A DNA stretch of 64,000 bases from Tubiluchus corallicola. Its lineage: Eukaryota; Animalia; Priapulida. Below the pieces are notes generated by a model. That model saw only the letters and a program-made list of their open reading frames with translations. It did no database searches and was not told where the DNA came from. The stretch spans positions 62,001 through 126,000 of the forward strand of contig JAQGDQ010000006.1 of the NCBI GenBank assembly GCA_030141605.1. The letters are read 5' to 3'. The position numbers and the translations under genes were made by a program. The first letter of the stretch is position 1, and each line of letters begins with the position of its first letter. This document shows positions 27,240 to 41,284 of this stretch, in pieces.

Positions 27240-30200
27240 GGTGGGGGTGTAATTAGTTACATATGTTTCATTGGCCATCAGTTCAAAAATCTGTCTGTTA
27301 ATTAGGCATTACTGTCTACGTTTTCAGGTAGCTGTCTCCTGTGTACATAATCGATCAAGTCTAATCCATTTTCCATTCACATGCTAATTCACACTAAGGC
27401 TAATGCACACTTGTAATGTACATGTTTTATTAACTCTTGATTGATTAAACTCATAATTTTAGGTAATTGTCTGCTTTTTAGCTTTCAAATTATGAAGTAA
27501 ATTCGTTTTGCCACCAGATATTCCGTCTTTACCCTTAAAGCATAAAAACGTAGTAAATTCCCAGAAAACCAGCAATTACTGCAATTAGTGTTACCAGTAA
27601 GTTACCAATTCTAAATTTGCGTTCATGTAAATAGACTTTTTGGAGTTGCATAATAAGTACATACCTGGTCATCTAAGATTTATTTGTTTTTGCAAGGGAT
27701 AGTTGAAGCTGGCACGTTATCTAAGAAGTGCTTTTTGCCTGACCAACAAAAAGTTACTTGTGTTGTTTTTAACGTTTGTTCACATTAGCTACATTCTGTT
27801 CCAACTATTTCTTCAGCACATTTGTTCCAGCACGTAATGTATATGAAAAAGCAATACGCTAATATGAACAGCTTATTGAAAAGAAGCCAGAGCTTGTTAA
27901 ATAAAATTTTAATGCAGAAATGCCGACTGTTCTCCTGCTCTTTTAATTCCCCTGCGTGCCTAGGGCTTTAGATGCCATCAAAATATTGTGTGAAGAAAGA
28001 TAAATGGCAATAACAGAGCTCGCAAGATACAGCGAGACATACAGCCGGGATAAGTGAATGAAGAATTCCATTACAGATGTCGCCAGATGACGTCTGTCTT
28101 AGAAATGAAGGAGAAATGATCATACAAAAGGCTTGATTAAATCTTTGGTGAAATAAGAAAGGAATAGAATGGCTTTCATAAGTTTACATTTACATGTATT
28201 AACTAACGTGTTTAACATTTCAGTTCCCCTGTTTCGTACATGATTTGCTATACAGGCTTTCACACACTGTCATATTAGCCAAAGTCTGTCTTTTATATTG
28301 TTCACAAACAAAGGCAAACAAAGGCAGCGTACTCTGGACAAGGTGTATCTCTAGTGTATGTTCGGTATAGATGATGGTCCGAGGTTATTTGACACGATTT
28401 TTTGGTGCAAAGAAAAGCAAACGGACGCATTTTGAAAACGAACTACTGTAAAAGTACATTTACATGTAAGTTCTAAATAAAACAAACGTAGACTGATTAA
28501 ATAAAACGAACGTTTATTTACCATTATAGATGATAGTTTATTAATTTATAATTAAAATTCTCATTTTATTACTTATTTTATTCACCACAAACAAGCCATC
28601 TAGCACCTCCATTAGTTTCTTGGAATTTTTAGTATTATTTAAATTTTTCCGACACGTTTGTGATAAAATTAAATTGGTCTGCACACAAAACCTTTTGTAA
28701 ACTTATTTTATCAAAAGCTTTCTTGTAATAAGGTTTTTCATAGCTCAAGGGGTTCTGGCAGCCGCGTGAGCAATTTCTTGAGCCGCAGACTAATGCACTA
28801 CACCAGTGGCTATGCTTGTCAGCGTTTAGATAAGCTTACTGGCAAATGTATTCGGACTCCGAAAGTCATGCAGACGACAAATCTGATCCAAATCAAAGGC
28901 GTAAGTGTTGAACAGATCAATTATACACCACTGGAAACCGTAATTAGGCTTAATTTGGAAATAGCCTTCTTTCAACTCTTTGTGCGAAGCAACACTTGTC
29001 AAAGAATTTCTGCAGAAATTGCACGGCTTTCATCATCTACAGGCAAAAGGCCATGCTGACGAAAGACGAGCGAAAGAAATTTTAACTTCATAATTGAACG
29101 CCTGGCTATAGTTGCATCAAAACTTACTACTAGTTAGTGCTGCACATTCTCCGAGATAACGAGAAAATTATAAGCTTCTTTGCTCATTTCAAATCCCAAA
29201 AGAAATGACAAATTTTCCACAATTATGTCACAAAATTGGTTTATGGCTCTTGGGACTGCAAGAAGTGCAAGTGTAGTCTACACTCACTTTGTTGAGTTCG
29301 CCTTTTTATTGACCGGTTGCTCGTTTAAGTTTACGCTATTCTGGCCAATTTTCGGATCGTTTTTTTTCTAACAAAATGGAAGCTAGACAAGGTGAAAAAA
29401 TGCAGCTCCCAGCCTCACAGAAGCAGAAAGTTATCGACAAGATCTCTTCTGCTACAAGGAAACGTTAATCACACACACACACACACATGTGCAGGACAAC
29501 ATATTAGGATGTTTTCTTCTTTTATCTCTTAAGTGTATGTTTCGAATCCCCTGCGCTGGCTCAGCCATTGCAGGAGAATTGATTTTAACAACATTTAATG
29601 CCCTGTCACCTTCATAACAGACTGGACACACATTCGTCACACTCGAGGGAATGTTGGAGACATATAATCAAACTGCTTACGATCTGGAAACAGTTAATTT
29701 ACGGGCATGAGTGAGTTTGTCTTTTAAATTGCGATATTAAAGCCCTGAACTTTCTTGAAAGTATAACAGAAACATACAAAATGATCATAATAGTTTAAAG
29801 GTAACTAATTCTTTTTCATTTTTCACAAGTATGATTCTCTCGATCTGCTCTTAAAGTCTTACTATAAGCATTTGTCAGTATGCATGTGTTTATCAGTTTG
29901 TTGACATTCTGACAATTCTTCATAAAATAAGTAGTAATTGTAGTAGCTATTATGCACTTATGATTGTTTCCAATATGCAATTTTCATCTTCACATGCAAA
30001 ACCACAAACGCCATCTTTCTTAAGACTTTGTGTTTTTTTACACAGATACCGCCAAATAGCATAGAATAATGTCAGGATTCTACAAAATTAATTATTGTAG
30101 AATTTACTATTAATTATTAAAATCGCATTAAGTCCTCTTCCATTTTCAATTAGTTTGCTGTCCACAAATTATGAATAAATGTGTCGACAGATTTGAAAAA

Positions 30201-33200
30201 AAACGATTAAAGCGTTGAAATTAATGTAAATGTATGAAATAATTGCAGCTTGTGCTGGTAATTTATTGGTTAATAAACTAATGGATTTTTTGTTATTGCC
30301 AAGTGAACAAAATATCTATATTACAGTCCACCATATTTCCAAACAGAAAATGACATAGTTTGTCTTTAAATTTTGTAAACAAAGATAATTTTGATAAACT
30401 AATTTTTAATTTTTTACATTTTTGGCAAGATTTACTCGAAAATTAACAATTTCAAATGGAAATTTTGAGAAGCACTAGCAGTGTCTTAAAAATTAAGCAG
30501 CAATCATAGATCTACGCTTGCTCTAATGTTTTTGGATTTAATACTCCTTACATGTGTATTTCCATTTGTGTTATGTAATTCCTTGGAAGTTTTTATCCAC
30601 GTTACGAAAGATTTCGTTTTACCTACTAAAATATAAGTATATAAGGGATTTGATATAAGTCGTAGTAGTAAACCGTAGTAACTTAGTGTACTTCTTTTGA
30701 ACTAAAATACAACCATGTCTAGCAAACAATAAAAATCTCTCTCTTATCGTTCACACACAAAGTAGTTGTTAAACTATTTTATTTCGTAAATTTATTTTAA
30801 GACATGATTAATGTGTAATTTCATGATAAAATTCTAATTTATGTACCTCTCTTAAAAGATTTTAGCAAACAATTAAGGCGAGTATATGGTTATTTTGCAC
30901 GCTTGTTAAACTATCAATAATTAAATATTCCCGAGATTACGAGACTAGCGTGCATTAAACTGGTTGTTGCAATTAAACCTCGAATGGAATCATGAGATTT
31001 CTTTTTACCACGAGTTTGCATTTTGCCAGCAGAGATTTCATTAACTGCGTGTGATAAACATTTACAGAATTTATGCGCTGAAATGCAATAAAGTTTTAGT
31101 CGTGCATAAATATAAACTTATGGCGTGAGATTCAAGCATGAATGCTAATTATGATACAGAATCATAACGTTGTTAGGCTGCAGCTAATTGTAAAATGCGT
31201 ATCGCGCAGCCATTGTGAAATTGCTCCTTGTTAAAGAAATACTGTACAGCCAAAAACCATCAATATTAATTAGGAAGACAATCATGCAGTGAATGAAAAT
31301 TAGGTTACGTCACAAGGAAATGCCAGGATTCATTTTAAGAATGTTTTTTTGCAATTTGTAGTTTTCAAAGAAGTTTAGAAATTTTAACATGCTTTGGCAA
31401 ACAAGCGCTTTATCATTACTAAATAAAAGATATATTTTTAATGAAGGCTTGCTCAAGTTGAGTACTGACTTTATTCGAATCTATTTTGAGTAATAAAGTG
31501 CACGTACAAAATGTGTAAGCCTAACAGATAATTAGCATGCTTGTAAGTCTACTCAGTTGAGTAACAACAAACATTTTAAGTTTGAAAATCTAAAACTTGT
31601 ACACTTAAATACTGAGTTTCAATAATATGAGTTCTGAGAAACCAAAATAGCCCACATTTGCCTTTTTATTTGAAATTAATCTTAACATGACATTATTATC
31701 TGCCACAGTCTTCTTTTCACGTTAACGAAGTTAACCGCGATTACTTTTGTTCAGTTAAAATAATGTTTTAGCTGAGAAAATCCCCTTCTAATCCCTACAT
31801 CAAACACTGCGTGGTTTCTCATTTCGCTTAATCCGTCGATAGGTATAGTTCCTGATTAAAGACGAAAGAAAAATAATCAGCAGTAATCGCCCCACGGCTT
31901 ACCAAAAATTATTTCATTTTAGTTAGCAAATTCAAGTGTATCTAACTGCGTGCCAGGATAAGAAGCTTGAACAATGTACAGTTTGGAAAAGTTTACATGA
32001 CACGTTTGTTTGGCTATAAATAATTTAAATTAGAAATATTGCTTATATTAATTAACGCAGCACGAAAAAGCTTTAGCAACATTACAAAATAATAAGCGCC
32101 TTGAGGTACCTACCAAAGAACATTCATTGCCGCTTTTTATTGTGCTTGCGATTTAACTACTAAATAAAAAAGACAATTGATATAATACTTTTCTGCACAA
32201 TTATGTGACTTTGTTCGCTCTCAATTCAGTGTATAGATGTGTAGAACTTTTCAGAGATTTTAATATTGTTTTTTTAACAGGTAGTTTAATTTATCGATGA
32301 AAAATGTCAACGAAATACATGTAGTTTGAATAGCAACTTCTTTGCAGTCACTGCAGACGTTGAATATTTCCAACTGGGCAAAGAGTTACAAGCGGTAAAG
32401 TGGAACTCAGTATAGACACATTTCAGACGTCTGTTGCCAGGTTGTAGCCAATCAGATTGGCGCTGCCGCAGTTTAACAGAACTTTCACACGCGGTAATTT
32501 TATTGTGATATTTATATTTTTACCATGAAATTTTTGCTAATCGCATATGTCTTTCGTTACTCGTCCCATTATGCGCCGTTGTGCCCTGCTATGCCGCAAT
32601 TTTGATTTTTCTGAAAGCGCTTATAGTGTTTTACAATTGAAATTATGATAATGTCTGAGGGATCAGCAATAAGAGTATAAAAGTAAAAGTAAGTGCGAAT
32701 GAAGCGCAGCCAGAGTGAAGTCTTTAGGATGCAAATTATTTATTTATTTATTTATTATTTTATTGAGAAACTAATACAGTTTAAAAAGAATGGGGAAAAA
32801 TAAGCAAAAAGTAATGGTTCTTGAATAAAGTGACTGGAAAACCATGGCTGTAAAAAGTAACTGTGTAGCAACTAGAAGTGTTTTTGTTAGGCGTTCTTCT
32901 ACGCTCTATGTCTTTTTTCAATACATCTAAATACTTTCAGCGATTTCCTGAGCCACCTTAACAATTTCTGTGTTAATAATAGTTATGCTGATAATAACTC
33001 TGACAACAGACAACATGTTTCGAGAAAATAGTTGTCTTGAAAAGTGTAGTTTCTGAATACAACTGTCCGATAACAGCAGTCCTGTAGAGAGCCTGCACGT
33101 ATCGTCTGTGCTCTCGTAAGTATTCAATAAGAACAAATCAAATGTTTAAATCTACCGCTTATTGCTATGTCCAACCGCGGATTTTAACAATTTTATCTAT

Positions 33201-36090
33201 TTATTTTTGGAGATGCGTTTACCTGCCTTTCAGACATTAAATAAAATAGGGAATTGCATGTGCGAAAGCATGTGAAAAGCGTAAACAAGCAAGGAATGAA
33301 GAAGCAGTAATAACATTCTTTAACATTCTAACCAAAGTTTAAAGAGTTGGGATCCACTTTACTGCTTCGTCGTTTAACTCATTACCTTTGAGAGCAGTAG
33401 ATTTAATGGGATAGTGAAATGGCTTTATTGAGTTGGTTATAGACAGTAAGGCCATAAACTCAGAGTTATGATTAAAGAAGGCAGGTGTTACCCGTTGATA
33501 TCCATCCTCAATAGCATATCTACGACTTGGAATTATGGCTATCATGCTTAGTGTTTACCCTAAGCGTGGCCTTAATTTGCACCTGGAGACAATGTTATTC
33601 AACAGTTTGCCATAATTTTTACCTACAATTGAACTTTTGCGATGCATAGCTAGGTAATCAGTATCTAAATGAACCGGCGATTATAAATATACCGACAGCA
33701 AAATAACGCTTTGAATTGTACGACTTGCAATCAGCGTCGAAAAACTTGTAAAAAGTTCTCAACCCAAAAGTTTTTCTTTTTTGAAAATAATTGCTGGACC
33801 AAGCTCTCATTCCTTTAACTAGGACGTCAGACCCAAAACCACATACTACAGCTTGTGTTTTAAGCAAAAAAAAACGTTGACTCTTGTGTTTAAGCCTCAT
33901 AAAAAGCACGTCTGCTGATCATTGATGATGGCGATTACAATAATAATTGTGATGACTTTTAAGGTCATAAAATGATATTTATGATCGGTCAATGGTAATA
34001 ATTTTGGCAAAGTTAAAGTATATGAATCAGAAAAGTAGCGTCACTGCAGCAAAACATTTTGTTTTAGACTTGTATTAGACTGATCACGCATGCCCTAATA
34101 GTCAATTTACATTACATTTTTCAAGCTGTCTTCCCAAGTGCGTCAACTTTCTCATTAGCTTCCTCTATCGTCTACATATCCACAAATCGATATGTACAGA
34201 GGCCGGTAATCTACCTGGCATATATCTAATCAGATTGAAGCTGGCTAAGCGTCTAGACTGTGTACAACAAGGCAGGACCACAACCAATACTATACCTGGT
34301 TTGAACATTTCATTAAACACAGGGATCTGCAGCAATTTGAAATTTAATCTGGAATGTAAAAGTAAAATTCATTTACAAAGTTGTCTGCATTATTGTCTCT
34401 TTGAAGCCTGTGTGTTTTGCTACATTGTATACTGATTTTTGATCCGCCTGCATTGCTCATTCTTCTGACATTAAATCTTATTTTAGCCGTCCACTAGTTA
34501 ATTAGCAGGTCCCTGTAGGTTGTCGTCTTCGAGCAGATTTTACTTTTCGGATCGAAATATATTAATCATTGCAGAAAATGCGTTTCCTGCAACAGACTTT
34601 ATCAAATTAGTTCTGAGCGAGCCAAATTGATACAAAATAAAAAAGCAACGAGGAAGTTTTCTGTCACTTTGATGTACAACGATTTGACAGCTCTAACAAC
34701 AAATGAAACAAAACAAACAAACAAAGAAATAACACAGACACAACGTGAAGACAGTGCTTCCATCGTTGTACTAAGAAAAAGATATAAGCCTATGTAATTT
34801 GAAGCTGTTTACTCCAAATGCCAATGATATAGACACAGCAATGTTTTGTACAAAAGTACACAATATAGAGATTTAAATAAGATGTAGTATAACGGTAAAT
34901 TACAGAATTATCGACTCAGATCGAAAGGTAAACTGGTAAGATATAAGCCGAACTGGCAATAAGGAATAACGAGAGTATAGCAGGGCACGTCATGATAATA
35001 AAACAGAATTGTAGGTACGCTTGTCAGAAGTGCCTCAAAATGCGATTAACGAAGACCAAAATTTTTTCGGTCTTGTGTTTGTCATGATATCAAAAATGCT
35101 TTTTAACATGCCACCTTAACAAGCGGAAACAGCTCACACTGCACTCATACGCTCTGGCAAGAGAAACTTCAGAGAAGGACAATAACAGCGAAAATGAGAG
35201 GCTTGTGCAGCTTGGGTTATTTTTCAAGTGCCTTTTTCGGAAGCCAATGCGTGAATGAGAATGATCACCGACTATCCGAATCAATAAGAGTAACAAACGC
35301 AGAACACCATACAACTGCTAGTCAGACAACACGAGCCATAGACGCAATCAATATGCATGCTGCTGTAATAAAGCCATTGGAAAAAGCAAATGAGCAGAAA
35401 AGCCCTGCGTTTGTATATTATGATGTGTATACACGGGCGCTAATGACATTTGCTTTGCCTACAACTAATGACATTATGCACCATTACTCCTCGTGGTCGC
35501 AGATACATCAAACATAACGTTAACAGCAACCTCGCACATGCTCTGTTTAACTGTTAGTACAGGTAAGAAAGGTGAGAGACATCGCACCTGCGTATCCGAT
35601 TACCCCATATAAATGCGTTTATTAATTGATGTTAGGTACATAAAACAATACCGAGTGATATATATAGTTATTCTACAGGTTAGGGGTAACAAAGCCGCAT
35701 TCGTGTTTAATAGCTGACAGGCTGTGATGTGTCAGGAATAAAATGCCAAATAGAGAGCTAAACGTGAAGCGTTTAGCAAAGCTCCTATTGCATTATAGAA
35801 TCTAAACATAAAAAACGTTACAACTTCGTTTCTACTTCGTCAAATTTAACTTTATAGGCTCTGCTCTCGTAAGATTTAGGTAGACACAAATGTAATATAC
35901 ATGTCTCAAATATCATGGAAACCAGTCATTGAAAGGTGTGGCTTGAATAGAGCAATGCACCAAATTTTTAGTTTTTTAATTATTTTTATTGCCGCACGTC
36001 AAAAATTTTCGTATCGATTACCGAGGTTCCTTAGATTTCAAACAGTTACTGAGCTGCTACTACAGCGAAAGTTGCTCATGGAAGTGATCA

Positions 36091-36297
36091 CCAAAACCCA
36101 AGCCAGTTTGTGTGGCTTTCCTTCATGGGTGTTAAACCACAAGAGCAAACGGATAGGCCCAACACCCGAACCATTTTGTGCGGCTTTCCTTCATGGGCGT
36201 AAAACCACAAGAGCAAACGCATAGGCCCAAAACCCGAACCAGTTTGTGCCGCTTTCCTTCAAGGGCGGAAAACCGCTAGAGGAAATGGATAGGCCCA
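36091..36297. repeat. Minisatellite, 68-bp unit, 3 copies
   Basis: GCTTTCCTTCA anchor at 36115, 36183, 36251; unit ~CCAAAACCCGAACCAGTTTGTGCGGCTTTCCTTCATGGGCGTAAAACCACAAGAGCAAACGGATAGGC. Confidence 0.95.
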
Positions 36298-36749
36298 TAA
36301 GTTTTCTAATCACATTCTGACTGTTCACTTGACAAGTAAATATCACAAATTCTGCTCATGTGTTCTCTAGATCAACAGCTTTTCGGAAATAAATCATTTT
36401 TGTATGTTATTAAAATGCAATCACATTAGGTTGCTTTCAGCCCCATTTCATTAATGACGTGAATCACGGCCTAATTAAAAGATTGGCGCGTCAGTATAAA
36501 GAAAGTATAAAGGAAGCACTGCAGGTAGCCAGAAAGACGGAAATTACCATCAGCTTGAGCGTTTACATGGTAAAGAGATTTGTGGCGTCTGTGGCGAGAG
36601 AAGCCAGTTATCAAATGCGAAATTTGGCACTACTAGACTAATAGAATTTGGAAAACAATGGTGTATCACGGATTATTGTGTAAAGCTGAAAGAACAGCGA
36701 AAACACATTTTATAAGTTGCTCAAGAGGAATTACGCGAGTGACTGTTAC

Positions 36750-36895
36750 ATATAGAAAAGGGGGTATTTGAGAAACTTGGGATGCTGACCCTGAAATTGA
36801 TTAAGGTGATTCGCATGCAGGATCCACAGAACTATGATATGTTGATCACACAGATTGAATAAAAACACATTAGTTCGCATGATGCCACTTTTGTT
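36750..36895 (+). mobile_element. Possible PIF/Harbinger transposase N-terminal relic
   Basis: Frameshifted translation DADPE / IRMQDPQNYDMLITQIE*KHISSHDATF resembles recalled Harbinger N-terminal DPExFxxxxRMxxxxFDxLLxxxxxxIxxxDT. Confidence 0.35.
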
Positions 36896-37660
36896 TAAAT
36901 TACTCGGGTTTACTGAAACGAGGCGTTTATCTTTTAACAGTGGCAGCGCAGTTTTTCATTTGGACAATTTCAACAATTTCTATAGAGAGGAATATTTTTA
37001 CTTATTAAACTATGCTTGTCGCCAATAAGCTTTACACACACATTTTCTTTTCACAATAACCAACAACTAATCTCCATAATAGTAGCCTCTCTAGACCAGT
37101 AAAAGAATCATGCAGAAACTGATTGCGATATAATGTTATAATTCAAATTGTACAGGCGTACAAATCGGATTTGTTGTGCTAAACATGCATTACGAGTACC
37201 ATACTCAAAGACCGAAGCACTTCATACATCGATAACATTTTAATAATTAATGACAAATTTGGTAAAATCATACTTTGTTGCTCATTGCACAATGCCAAAC
37301 GTTTTCCCGACTGAGTTACTTTGCGTAATCATTCATTTTTACGTCCGCGCGAACAAATTTAAATTGAACAGTTATGCAGTGTGGTTTATAACATTCATGA
37401 TCAGGAGATGCCAAGCCCATATGATGCATGTATTACTGCGAATGTTACGTCTAAGGAGACGTTCATTCTGATAATTTCATTTTCTCATTATTTTGCAAAG
37501 CAGGAGCGATACTTTGCTGTAACTGAGCAAGAAGAACACGGATTTTGTACCCGGTGTGCTACCAGCTGAACGAATTCGATTATACCAGAACCCAGTATGG
37601 GTACATGCTTTGCCTTGCCCAACGCAGTTAGCCTGAACAAACTTCCCTCTTGCCATGGAG

Positions 37661-37864
37661 CGAGTGAGTGCGTGCGTGCGTGCGTGCGTGCGTGAATGAG
37701 TGAGTGATTGAGTGAGTGATTGAGTGAGTGAGTGAGTGAGTGAGTGAATGAGTGAGTAGTGAGTGAGTGAGTGAGTGAGTAACTGACTGACTGGCTGACT
37801 GACTGACTGACTGACTGACTGACTGACTGTCTGACTGACTGACTGACTGACTGACTCTGACTGA
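37661..37864. repeat. Compound tetranucleotide microsatellite (GCGT)n-(GAGT)n-(GACT)n
   Basis: Directly visible. Confidence 0.98.
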
Positions 37865-38240
37865 GATTAAAAATACATTTGGTATTTAGTACAGTGTCAC
37901 TTGTAAGCGCTACAGCAGGACTAAGCACTGTGGGACAATGTGCTTATTAAATCTAATAGGTATTCATTAAAGATGCAGGCCCACGCTCTCACATGAAATC
38001 AGTATGAGCAAAACTTCATTTTGACAATTCTTATTTCTGACCTTTGATCTTTTGGAGCACCAGTTGGTTTCCAAGTTTTGCAAGAGCCTTCTGCCAAGTT
38101 TGATGATTATGACTTAATCCATTTTGATTCCATTGAATCAAATTAAAGGTGCATTACTAAAAATGTATTGAATGTATATGAATACAAAGTCACTAGACTA
38201 TACACAAAATGTTGGAAATCATTTTAAATTTAAATTTTAT

Positions 38241-39020
38241 ATCGGGTGATGCAGAAAAAATGTGCTGCTTTAGACTATAATAATATTGGAAGCGAACAGC
38301 CTACAAAGTTGAAATTTCACAGCGTTTGGCTATAACAAGTTTATAATGTTAGCGCTTTTTAAGTTATGACCATAAAGCTTCCGCATGTTTAAAAATTAAA
38401 TGCCTGAACAATGTCAGCTAATCATCAACTGAAAAACAACCACCTTTAGTGGCGTATAAAGAACTCAATACACGGGGCAAAACAATAAAGGAATCAATCA
38501 GGTTACATCGTGGACACCAGAGAAAATAAAGCATTGATAAAAATTTGTTGCCAGGAAAAAATCAGACTTAATCCTTTGGATTACGGTATCTGGAAAACCC
38601 TTAAAGAGAAACTATTCAACGACCGCACAGAACCGTTTGATGTAATGCAACTAGAGACAAAAGTTGTTGAGTGCTGGGATCAAATAGGCATTAAAGAAGT
38701 GAAAAACTGTGTCAGCTGTTGGAGGAAACACCGTCCCCTAGTTTGCAAAAATAGTGAATACATAGAGCACTTTAGCAATTTATGTTTTAGTTCTTTCCGG
38801 CATTTATTTTATTTTTTTGATTTCTGGATTCTTCTGTATTTTAAGGAAATGACAAAGAATAATTTTTCTTGTTTATACATACGTGTCTGTAACATCACTG
38901 TGGTAATTTTCAGTTGATTACATTGTTTTTTCTTATACTATCGTATTGAAAACTTCGCCAGATTTTTTGCGCCAACTGAAGCTGATATACAGAGCACGAT
39001 TTTTTTTCTACACCAACGTT
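38241..39020 (+). mobile_element. Tc1-like transposon remnant (transposase C-terminus, degenerate TIRs)
   Basis: ORF 38510-38917 has LNPLDYGIWKTLKEKLF...LETKVVECWDQI...CWRKH...YIEH matching the SPDLNPLDYxxW...W...HIEH tail of Tc1/mariner transposases; ends GGTGATGCAGAAAAAATGTGCT and AGCACGATTTTTTTTCTACACCAAC are imperfect inverted repeats. Confidence 0.75.
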
Positions 39021-39420
39021 GGAAGAAATAAATCATTTATTTGACGTTGGACTATGTACGTGTTTACTACCTCCATATTCCTAAAACCTACACGTAGGCG
39101 TAAGAGCTCAGAGGATTGTGAGAAGACGCAGATTTTCCCTATCGAGTTCCAGTGCATTACCAAACCGAATATAATTTCACTCCATCATCATTAAAATTTC
39201 AACACAAGATAGTGACTAAGTGGCAGTCGATTGAATGACTGATTATAGACGAAAGTACTCAGAGCAAGACTGTTATGTATATAGAGTTAGTTGCATCAAA
39301 TCGAAAAAGTGTTACATTATTAATGAACTTGACCACCAGGGGTGTAAGAGATAAGGTTATTGTGCAAGTAACATGAAAGCCAACAATCAAGTGCAGTCAA
39401 TATTCAGGCTTCATCACAAT

Positions 39421-39436
39421 CACACACACACACGAC

Positions 39437-39533
<97 letters not shown>
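39421..39533. repeat. (CA)n microsatellite
   Basis: Directly visible. Confidence 0.98.
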
Positions 39534-39534
<1 letters not shown>

Positions 39535-40673
39535 GAAATTAACATTACACATGAAAGTAACGTCGAGTTCAGATAATTAGATTGGAAATTATCGCTTCTA
39601 CTCTTATACTACGTGCTGATTAGTTTGCTGAGTGGTTTAAAATTTTGAATACACTGAACTGTATTTCGTTCAACTAGTCCTTAAATTAACTATACAGCAT
39701 TGTAAGATACTTTTCTGTGCATTTTACACATTTTAAATCTGATTTGTAATGCGTTATCATTAGAACTGCAGACTTTATTGTTAAACCACTGAATTTATAA
39801 AATATAAGCACTTAACTTTTTTATCTCATTCAATAATCCTCTCTAGTTAAATTTATTGTGGATAGCGATGATAATAATTATGACGACGATTTCTTTTCTC
39901 TTTCGTTTTGATCTATGTAGCGGTATAAAAAGGAAAGATAAACCTTTAAATGAAGCTTGCCATTAAAAACGATATTTTTATAAAATTACTCGAATAAAAT
40001 AAAAACGTATAAAAATTAATGCAGCCAACTTTTCTTCTTCTTGACATACCTTACACTTATTCTAATTAAAATGTTTGGGAAATTTTCGTGCTTAGCCGAG
40101 CGTTTTATCTGAAATCCAGCCTCCATTAGAAAACATGCAAGGATATCAATATCAGATTGTGTTAAGGGACTGCCTAGGTCTCTAGCAGGCAATAAACTCG
40201 CTACTGCTCTGATAATTCGTTTAAACGGAATGCTTCTAAGCGGTTTATAGTTTCTTAAATGCTAGTGTACTTACGCACAGTAACACACAGTATCAGCTAA
40301 CATTGTACAACGAGTACAAACTTTTAAAGCATTATTGAAGAGAAATTTTGAGTCTTAACGACATGCAAAACTAATCCACACTTTGTAAGTTTTTTATTAC
40401 TAGCGCTTGTTCATCATTAGCCATGCAGTTTATTACATTAAAATGAGCTCATAAATGCGTGTGAGATTAAAATCATGCAAATAAACCGCATTAATTGAAA
40501 CATTAAACGTGAATTACCGTCTAAATTCTCGAAGCACGCGGTTCATTATTCCTTAAAACTTTATTTATGAAATGAGATATTATTTATAGAGCACATTTAT
40601 GAAAAGCAATACGGCTCAGTTTGACTATAATTTAATACATATGAATGAATTAACAACTAATGAATCAACTTAC

Positions 40674-41280
40674 CTTTAAGACTGTGGCAATAAAACAGAT
40701 ATTTAAATACGGCAGCAATTTTTCTGAGAACAGATGTGTGTCAGCTAGAACAAGAGCGAACTCCTTGGTTTTGTATTTTTCTTGACGTGACTAAATGCGA
40801 TAAGTCTTGTCATTTTCGTCACGCAACTTGCTAGCTTTAATCACATTAAGTTTATAACTTAGTTCGGCAAAAGCGTGCAGTAATTTAATAAATTTGCGAT
40901 GCGCAAAGCGTCGAAGCTAGTTAGAGTAGTCTCGAGTAAAAAAATTCGTTTAATAGGAATGTCGTTTCCCGATAATTTCTCGACTTTACCTGCAGAATCT
41001 CGGCAAGGTACAACGTGACTCGTTTAATTATTTGGATGATTTGTGCGTTCGCCAGGAGACATGTGAGTGGCTTCCTCTGCGTTTAGCACTACTGCACCAT
41101 GTAGTGCTCGGCTGCTCGCCTTGCTGTCAGCTGAGCTCTAACAACTGACGCTGATCGCAAACACTGAACAGCGCATGTCACTGCGACCAAATGCATCCTG
41201 ACATGCAGGTAATCAGCCTCCGTGCAATGAGATGAGGATGCTGATGAACTAATGACGTTACCTGGCTATGTATGAGACAG
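40674..41280 (-). promoter_or_regulatory. Candidate promoter and non-coding first exon of a minus-strand gene
   Basis: CpG/GC-richer stretch, Inr-like TCAGTT (41148-41143) and consensus donor AAG|gtaagt (40673-40668); each motif alone can occur by chance. Confidence 0.35.
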
Positions 41281-41284
41281 CTAT

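Noticed and set aside
29056-29080. CTGACGA...GAAA hammerhead-like core
   Set aside because: No stem II between CTGACGA and GAAA and no flanking stems I/III; other CTGANGA sites checked also lacked the core.
29537-29550. B-box-like GTTTCGAATCCC as tRNA gene
   Set aside because: No A box or cloverleaf upstream.
32447-32461. Palindromic double CCAAT box GCCAATCAGATTGGC
   Set aside because: Short; common in MITE interiors and no independent promoter evidence.
33340-33520. Possible RT relic (LLRRLTHYL...KAGVTR resembling AGVPQGS)
   Set aside because: Needs several frameshifts and substitutions; not supportable by eye.
37488-37928. 146-aa ORF with SQSV/THSL repeats
   Set aside because: Translation of the tetranucleotide microsatellite; same applies to ORFs at 20647, 39373, 46681 and 58725.
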